Assembly (NCBI GenBank): GCA_044379055.1
Contig: JBIPOQ010000001.1
Location: 1 to 29,951, forward strand
Direction of reading: 5' to 3'
From: Myxococcota bacterium
GTDB taxonomy: Bacteria; Myxococcota_A; UBA9160; UBA4427
DNA: 29,951 nt
Shown piece by piece: positions 14,997 through 23,000 of the stretch; the stretch's first letter is position 1, and each line of letters begins with the position of its first letter. The notes beneath the pieces were generated by a model, which worked only from the letters and a program-made list of their open reading frames with translations, had not been told where the DNA came from and made no database searches. The position numbers and the translations under genes were made by a program.

Positions 14997-17084
14997 ATGA
15001 GCCGGCCCTGCCATTTCCCTGCCCCGTCTCCGAGGGCCGCCCGCCGGAGCCGGCTCGGCCCGGTCGGCCTCGTTCGGGGAACCGTCGTCGGGGTCGCCCT
15101 CGGCCTCGCGCTCGGCGTCTTCCCGGCGCCGGTCTCGACGGCGCGGGCCCAGGTCCTGCGCCATCCGGAGGACATGCCGGCGCCGGTCTATCCCGTCGGC
15201 GCGCTCGAGCTGGTCTACGGCACGCCGCGTCCCGGGCAGCCCGACCTCGCCGCGCTGCTGCCCCTCGTCGTCGAGCTCCACAAGACGGACCAGGGCTGGG
15301 CGGCGCCGCGGGAGGGCGACGCGGTCGAGTCCGTCTCGATCGGCGGACCCGAGAGCGGCGTCGTCGCCCTCGAGGTCAGCGGTCTCGCCCGGGCGCTCGG
15401 CGCGCTCGTGGCCCGCCTCAACGAGGCCGGGCTCTACGGCGTCGACGTGCGCCCCGCCGAGACCGACATCGACCTCGCGAGCGAGAGCGACCTGCGCCCC
15501 GCCGAACGGACGGCCCTCGCCCTCGTGGTCCACACGGGCCGCATCGCCCAGGTCCGCACGATCGCCGTCGGCGATCGGATCAAGACCGACTGGAAGATCG
15601 ACAACACGCTGCACGAGAAGATCCGGCTCGAGTCGCCGCTGCAGCCCGTCGGCGAAGGCCTCGAGGGAACGACCGACCTGATCGATCGCGATCGCCTCGA
15701 GGACTACCTCTACCGCATGAACCGCTACGGCGGCCGCATGGTCGAGGCCGCGCTCTCGCCGGGCGAGGCGCCGGGCGACGTCGTGCTCGACTACCGCGTG
15801 CTCGAATCGAAGCCCTGGTACGTCTACGGCCAGACGACGAACACCGGCACCGACCGCACCAACCTCTGGCAATCGCGCTTCGGCTTCACCCACAACCAGG
15901 TCAGCAACCGCGACGACAGCCTCTCGATCGAGTACCTGAACGCCGGCGGCGACGACGTGAACGGCCTCAGCGCCCGCTACGAAGCGCCCTTCTTCGGCCC
16001 CCGCCGCCCCGAGTGGATGGACCGCCGCAAGGGCGATCCCGCCTGGCTCGCCTGGTTCCCGCGCGAGAAGCTCCCGTGGCTCGGCGTCGACCGGCTGCGC
16101 TGGGGCGTCGACTTCGGCTGGAACCGCTCGATCTCCGGCCGCGACTCGACGGTCCAGGGCCTCGACAACGATCCGGTGCGCAGCACGCAATTCGATGCGG
16201 GCGGCCACCTGACCTACGAGCTCTTCCAGCACCGCGACTTCTTCGTCGACCTGATCGGCGGACTCGGCCTCTCGAATCTCGAGATCGAGAACGACATCAG
16301 CGGCATCCGCGGCGAGGCGGTCCTCGTGAAGCCCCGCATCGGCCTGCACGCCGAGCGCATCACGCAGCTCGCGACCTTCACGGCCGACACGTCGGTCCAG
16401 GGCCAGGTCAACGAGATCGGCGACGGCGACCTCGAGGCGCTCGGCCGCGCCGACACCGACGAGCGCTATGCGACGCTCGACTTCAATCTCGGCTATTCGG
16501 CCTTCCTCGAGCCCCTGCTCCGCCCCGAGGCCTGGCGCGACCCCTCGAACGAGCTCGCCGCGACCCTCGCCCACGAGATGAGTCTCGGCTTCCGCGGCCA
16601 GTACGCGTTCGAAGACCGGCTGATCCCCCAGGCGAGCCAGACCCTCGGCGGCCTCTACAGCGTGCGCGGCTACGACCAGTCGGTCGCCGTCGGCGACACC
16701 ATCGTGCTCGGCACCTTCGAGTACCGCTTCCATCTCCCGCGCGCCCTGCCGATCTCGCGGCGCCCGCTGCGGCTGCCGCTCGTCGGCGATTTCCGCGTCG
16801 CCCCGCAGCAAGTCTACGGCCGACCCGATTGGGACCTCATGCTTCGCGCCTTCGTCGACGCGGGCCACGCGATCCGCTCCGACTCGTCGATCGATTCGAT
16901 CTCCGACGTCGAGTTCGACCAGACCCTCGTCGGCTCCGGCGTCGGTGCGGAGCTCGTCTTCCGCTCGAACCTTCGGCTGCGCGCCGACTACGCGTTCGTG
17001 CTCAAGGATACGAACGGCAAGCTCGACAACCCGGCCAAAGTGGGGGATTCAGCGCTCCATGTCCTCTTCAGCCTCCTCTACTGA
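14997..17084 (+). CDS. TpsB / ShlB-FhaC-HecB family two-partner secretion outer-membrane transporter
   Basis: ATG 14997 preceded by AGGTGA (SD-like); Sec signal ending ARA; POTRA-like region (LEDYLYRMNRYGGRMVEAALSPGEAPGDVVLDYRV), NTGT after POTRA, loop-6 SVRGY motif, C-terminal aromatic beta-strand (VLFSLLY); 695 aa (699 if GTG 14985 is used). Confidence 0.9.
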   Translation: MSRPCHFPAPSPRAARRSRLGPVGLVRGTVVGVALGLALGVFPAPVSTARAQVLRHPEDMPAPVYPVGALELVYGTPRPGQPDLAALLPLVVELHKTDQGWAAPREGDAVESVSIGGPESGVVALEVSGLARALGALVARLNEAGLYGVDVRPAETDIDLASESDLRPAERTALALVVHTGRIAQVRTIAVGDRIKTDWKIDNTLHEKIRLESPLQPVGEGLEGTTDLIDRDRLEDYLYRMNRYGGRMVEAALSPGEAPGDVVLDYRVLESKPWYVYGQTTNTGTDRTNLWQSRFGFTHNQVSNRDDSLSIEYLNAGGDDVNGLSARYEAPFFGPRRPEWMDRRKGDPAWLAWFPREKLPWLGVDRLRWGVDFGWNRSISGRDSTVQGLDNDPVRSTQFDAGGHLTYELFQHRDFFVDLIGGLGLSNLEIENDISGIRGEAVLVKPRIGLHAERITQLATFTADTSVQGQVNEIGDGDLEALGRADTDERYATLDFNLGYSAFLEPLLRPEAWRDPSNELAATLAHEMSLGFRGQYAFEDRLIPQASQTLGGLYSVRGYDQSVAVGDTIVLGTFEYRFHLPRALPISRRPLRLPLVGDFRVAPQQVYGRPDWDLMLRAFVDAGHAIRSDSSIDSISDVEFDQTLVGSGVGAELVFRSNLRLRADYAFVLKDTNGKLDNPAKVGDSALHVLFSLLY

Positions 17085-20000
17085 GAACCGCCCGACCGAG
17101 CCCCGCTCTCGCCACTCCCGCGGCGAGCGCGTCGTCGCGCGCCTGCTCGTCGCCGCGCTGGTCTCGACGCATCCCCTCTCCGCCGCCGCCGGCGACGAGT
17201 TCACGGACGCCAACTCCGCGACCTTCGACCCGGGCCAGGTCAGCCTCGACAATTCCCAGGCCGGTCGCACGACCTTCACGATCGGCGTCGACCGCACGAC
17301 GATCGGCTGGCAGGAGCTCCACCAGCCCGGCAACAACCGCCTCGAGTTCGACTTCACCAACGGCGGCGGCCGCGGCTCTTCGGTCCTGAACTACAGCAAC
17401 TCGGTGAACGCGATCCGGCTGAGCGGCCAGGTCGTCTCGAACGGCACCGTCGCCTTCGCGAACCCCTACGGCGTCTACATCGACGGCAGCGCGGTGATCG
17501 ACGTCGGCAACCTCGTCGCGATCGGCGCGAACGTCTCGCGCGAAGCGTTCCTGGCGGGGACGCCCCTCGACCTCGCGCTCGAGGGCCGCGTCGAGAACCA
17601 CGGCCTGATCCTCGCCGACGGCAACGTCTCGCTGCTCGCGACGAGCGTGCTGAATGCGGGCGACATCCGAGCGCTGGGCGGCAACGTCCTGCTCGTCGGC
17701 GGCGAACGCGTCGAGCTCGGCGGCTTCGACCAGCTCGCATCGGGCTGGGACGGCCGCAAGGACCTCGCGGCGGATCTCGCCGGCGGCGACGTGACGAACG
17801 CGGGCCGGATCGCTTCGGCGGACGCGGTGATGCTCGGCGGGCGGACGGTGAACCTCGGCGAGATCGAGATCGAGGACGGCTCGCTGCTGATGGTGGGCGC
17901 CGATGCGGTGTACCTGTCGCGCTTCGACAATCCGGTCCTGATCCGGCTGCCGCGGGGCGCGGTCGGCGCCGCGACCGGCGGCGACGCGGGCGATCCCGCG
18001 CGTTATGCGGTCGAGAACCACGGCCGGATCGACGCGGGCCGGGGCCACGTCCGCCTCGCCGCGGCCGATCCGCTCGGCTTCGGCATCCGCCAGGGCACCG
18101 GCAGCGCGGCGGCGCCGGCAGGCATCGCCGCCGGCAGGATCGAGCTCGAGGGCGGCGAGAACGGCCGCGTCCAGCTCTCGGGCGTGCTCGACGCGGGCGA
18201 CGACGGGAAGCGGGGCCGCGGGGGCGAGATCGACGTGACGGGCGATCTGATCGTCCTCGCCGATGCGACGGTCGACGCCTCCGGCACTCGCGGCGGCGGC
18301 ACGATCCAGATCGGCGGCGAGCAGCAGGGCCAGGGCGAGCTCCAGCGCGCGCGGGCGGTGCTCGTCGATGAGAAGAGCGAGATCCGGGCCGACGCGCTCA
18401 GGAACGGCGACGGAGGCCGCGTCGTCGTCTTCTCCGAGGACCTGACCTCGATCGAGGGCGCGATCTCGGCCCGCGGGGGCCCCCGCGGGGGCGACGGCGG
18501 CTTCGTCGAGACCTCGGGCCTGCGCCACTTCGAGATCGCCGATCTCCCCGACGTCGGCGCGCGGCGCGGCGTCGCCGGCAGCTGGCTGATCGACCCCTAC
18601 GACATCACGATCACCAACGACGCCGTCGACTGCGACGATCCGACCGTCGCCTGCCTCGATCCGGCGATCGACGCGATCCTCGACCCCGAGTTCGACAACG
18701 CGGGCTTCGACGGCATCCTGCGCACGCTCGACTCCGACCCGAACGACGGCATCGCCCCGACGAACTACGTCTCCGCGGACCTGATCGAGCGCGCCCTCGG
18801 CATCGGAACCAACGTCACGCTCTCGACCCAGTCCTTCGACGACGCCGAGGGCAATGCCCCGGGCAACATCACGATCGAGGACGCGATCTCGATCGACAGC
18901 AGCTCGATCCTCGAGGGCCGGATCGCCCGTCTGACGCTCCTCGCGGCGGGCCACATCTTCGTCAACGCGAACATCGAGGTCGTGCCGACCAATCTCGGTA
19001 CGCGCAGCGAGCGCTCGAACCTCGCGCTCACGGTCGAGCTCGTCGCCAACGACCCGAGCCAGATCGAGGCCGGCAGCGACTTCGATCTCGACCGTCTCGA
19101 TGGCAACGTCGAGCTCAACGCCGACATCCGGACCGGCGGCGGACGCTTCATCGCGACGGGCATCTCCGTCCTCCAGCAGGCCGGTCGCCAGATCGTGACC
19201 CGCGGCGGCGACGTCACGATCCGCTCGGGCACGATCGCCCGCGACCGCCTCCCCATCACCGAGGAGCGCGAGAAGGACGACCCGGCGCTCGTCGACGGCG
19301 CGATCGATACGCGGCTCGAGCTGCTCGGCGACATCGATACCCGGACCGCCGACGGCCGGAGGGACGGCGGCGACGTCGCGCTCGTGGCGAGCTCGGTCAA
19401 CGTCGGTGTGCGCCAATCGGGCGACGATCCGCTCTCGATCGTGACGGGGCTGCTGAGCATCGTCGGCGACGTGCTGACCGGGGGCGGCGACATCAATCTC
19501 GCCGGCGGTGTCGCCACGACCGAGGACGATCAGCGCTTCGCGGGCAACGTCGAAGTCGAGGGCACCCTCGACACGCGCCGCGGCGACATCGAAGGCAACC
19601 TCGACCAGAACGGCGGCAACGTCACGATCCGCGCCAATCGGGTGAACGAAGCCGGCGACAACGGCGACTTCGACGTGACCCACGTCGAGGCGGCGACCGA
19701 CCCGACCCGTGGCGAGGGCGGCGAGATCTCGATCGACGGCACGATCCGGACCGCGGGAGGCGTCGTCGCGCTCGGCAACGACACGGCCCGCTCGATCCTG
19801 ATCGACGGCACCGTCGACACGACCCAGACCAACACGCGCGAGAACGGCCTCGTCCAGATCATCGCCCGCGACCAGACCGGCATCGACGACGGGGACGGCG
19901 ACAGCGACGAGACCTTCGGCGCGGGCGAGATCCAGATCGGCTCCCGTTCGGCGACGTCGATCTCGACCGCGGGCCTCACCCTGCGGACCCGTGACCTCAC

Positions 20001-23000
20001 GACCTCGGACGGCAGCGGCGCGAACGCCGTCGACATCGAGCTCGAAGGACGGACGACCTCGAGGTTCTTCGCGGTCGTCTCCGAGATCGAGGAGCAGACG
20101 GGGGACGAGCCCGAAGTCGACGAGCCCCAGATCGGCCTGCTCGACCTCGAGGCGCTGCGCAGCGCGGCCTTCGGCGAGAACACGTCGCTCACCGCGGAGA
20201 CGATCCGCATGACCGTCGCGGCGGATCCCCTCGCGATCACGGACCTCGAGCGCGCGAACGGCCAGGACCGCCTCGTCTTCGGCGGCGCGAACGGCGCGGG
20301 GGCGAGCGCCTCGGACGGCGTCCGACTCAATGCCGACGAGATCGTGCTCGCGATCGGCGACGGCCCGACGGCGACCGACGACCTCTTCTCGGACGACCTC
20401 GGGAGCCTCGCCTCGCCGACCGACCTCGGGGTCCAGCGCCAGACGCGGGGCGATTTCCGGGGCCTCCAGCTGCGCGATCAAAGCGGCGCCCTGCGCCCCG
20501 CCGAGATCCGGCTTCGCCAGGACGGCGACCTGACGATCACCCAGGGCGCCGCCGCCGCGGCCGGCCAGCTCGATCTCGCCGGCGCCTTCGGTTCGGCGCA
20601 GATCGGCGACGACGGCATGCGCCTCGGCCTCGAGTCGAGCGATGGCGTCCTGACGGTCGAGGACGCTGCAGGCTTCAACGACAACGCCGGCCCGCTCGGC
20701 CCCGGCGACGAGGGCAAGAGCTTCGTGCGCCTGCTGGGCGGCCTCCTGCTGCCCGACTCGCCGGGCGGGACGAACCCCGACCCCGAGACCGTGCCGACGC
20801 CGAACAGCGTCGTCTTCCGCGACGGCACGGCCGTGCTCGGCGACGACGGGACGACGGCCTTCTCGGTCGAGAGCCTCGAGATCTCGACGCCGGGCGACTT
20901 CTCGATCACGCAGCAGATCGCCGCGGGCATCGATGCGGTGGCCGAGCTGATCTTCGAGGCGGGCCGGGAGACCGGCAACGAGGACGCCGCCGGTCGCGGC
21001 ACGCTCACGATCGCCGCCGCCACCGCCCTGACGGCGAGCGAGCGCCTCGTCCTCGGCGCCGGGGACAGCGGCTACGGCGACCTCGTCTTCGCCGGCGCGG
21101 GGACGACGCTCTCGGCCGACGAGATCGAGCTGCGCGCGGGCAGCGAAGGGGATTCCCGCAACACCGACGCCGCCGATCGCTCCCGGATCGTCGGGCTGCA
21201 GGCCCAGGACGTGACGCTGCGCGACGCTGCGGGCGGCATCTTCGGGGCCGCCGGTTCGAGCGCCCTCGCCTTCCGCTACCGCCAGGCCGCGGGCATCGAC
21301 GCCGCGGTCGACCTGCCGGCGCTCTCCCAGTTCGGCTTCGGCGTCGGCGAGTCGTTCCGGGCCGCGGGCGACGTGGAGTACGCCGTGCGCTCCGACGAGG
21401 GACAGATCGATCTCGACGACGGGATCCTCGGCACGAACGAGGCGGATCGCTTCCGCAATGCCTCGCTCTCGCTGATCGGGCTGCAATCCGGCAGCGCCGC
21501 GGCGATCCTGGTCTCCGCCGATACGGCCTTCGTCGGCAAGCGGGTCGAGCTCGGCGGCGTCGGCGGCTTCAGCTTCGACGCGGCCCTCGCGCGGGTCTTC
21601 AATCGCTCGGGCACCGATGCGGACGAGCGGCTCACGCTGCGCGCCGGCGTCGGCGGATCGGGCGATCTCCTCTTCGCGGGGGGCGTTCTCGTGAAGGCCC
21701 CGACGATCCGTCTCGCCGTCGGCGACGGCACCGACGGCGATGCGGGCTCGAACATCGATACGAAGAACGCGACCTTCGACCTGTCCGGTCCCCTTGGAGC
21801 CGATCGGACCTTCGCCTACCAGATCGACGACCGCTTCGACGTCTCCGACCTCCCCGATGCCACCCAATTCGTCGGAGGCGCTGCCGGGCTGCCCTCCGTG
21901 CTCGCGATCCGCAACGACGCGGGCCAGATCGAGATCGAGGATTTCGATGCCGCGGAGCTGCCCCTCGCCCTCGCCTCGGGCCCCTCTCGCCTCGTCCTCG
22001 AGGCGGAACAGATCACGCTCTCCCAGACGGACGGCGACGACCTCGAGCTGACGACGAATCCGAATCTCTTCCTCCGCCTGCGCGCGAACGTGCTCTCGCT
22101 GCTCGCCTTCGTCTCGAACGATCGGGACACGGAGAGCGGTCGCGTTCGCATGGGGCCGCGCGCCGGCGACAGCCAGATCACCGCCGGTACCGACGCCGAC
22201 TTCGACGACGAATCCCTGCTCGTCGAGGCTTTCGACTTCGACGACGATCTCCAGAACGAGTACCCGAGCGACTTCGAGAGCGATTTTGCGTTCGAGTTCG
22301 TCACCACGGGCAATCTCTCGGGGATGTCCGAGTCGCCCGCCGGCTCGGGCCTCTACGATCTGGCCGCGGGACGCGGCCCGACCAACATCAGCGTGCGCCA
22401 GGACGGCTCGGTCCAGGTCGCCGACCTCGCCGACCGGCGCTCTTTCTCCGGCCTGCTCGCGCGAACGCGCCTCGACGCGAACGAAGACGACGACCTCGAC
22501 GGCGAAGACGATCCGATCGCCTCGATCTACTCGATCCAGAGCGAGCTCGGCTCGGTCACGGTCGAGCCGGAGAAGGTGAACGGCAGCAACCTGATCCTTT
22601 CGGGCAACGTCGAGGTCGACGCCGACGCGGCAATCGACTTCGCCCCGGGCAGCGGCCCGAATCCCGGCCTCTACCTGCTCGATGGATTGCTCGCACAGAC
22701 CGAGGACTCGATCGTCGTCCGCGCCGGCACACAGCTCGTCGCCCAAGACGCGATCGGCCTGATCGCGGGACAGGTCGGCCTGCCCGACGACGAGATGACC
22801 GAACCCTTCGGCTCGATCCGCTTCGAAGGCAACCACGGCGATGGCCAGGTCACCCGCCTCGAAGCCAACCAGATCACCCTGGCTGCCGGCCCCGACCGTA
22901 CGCTCACGAATCCCGACGAGGACAACGACGGTCAACGCGACGACATCGACGATGCGCTGCTGCCGAAGCTCGACCTCTCCGGCCTCGACGAGCTCGCCCT

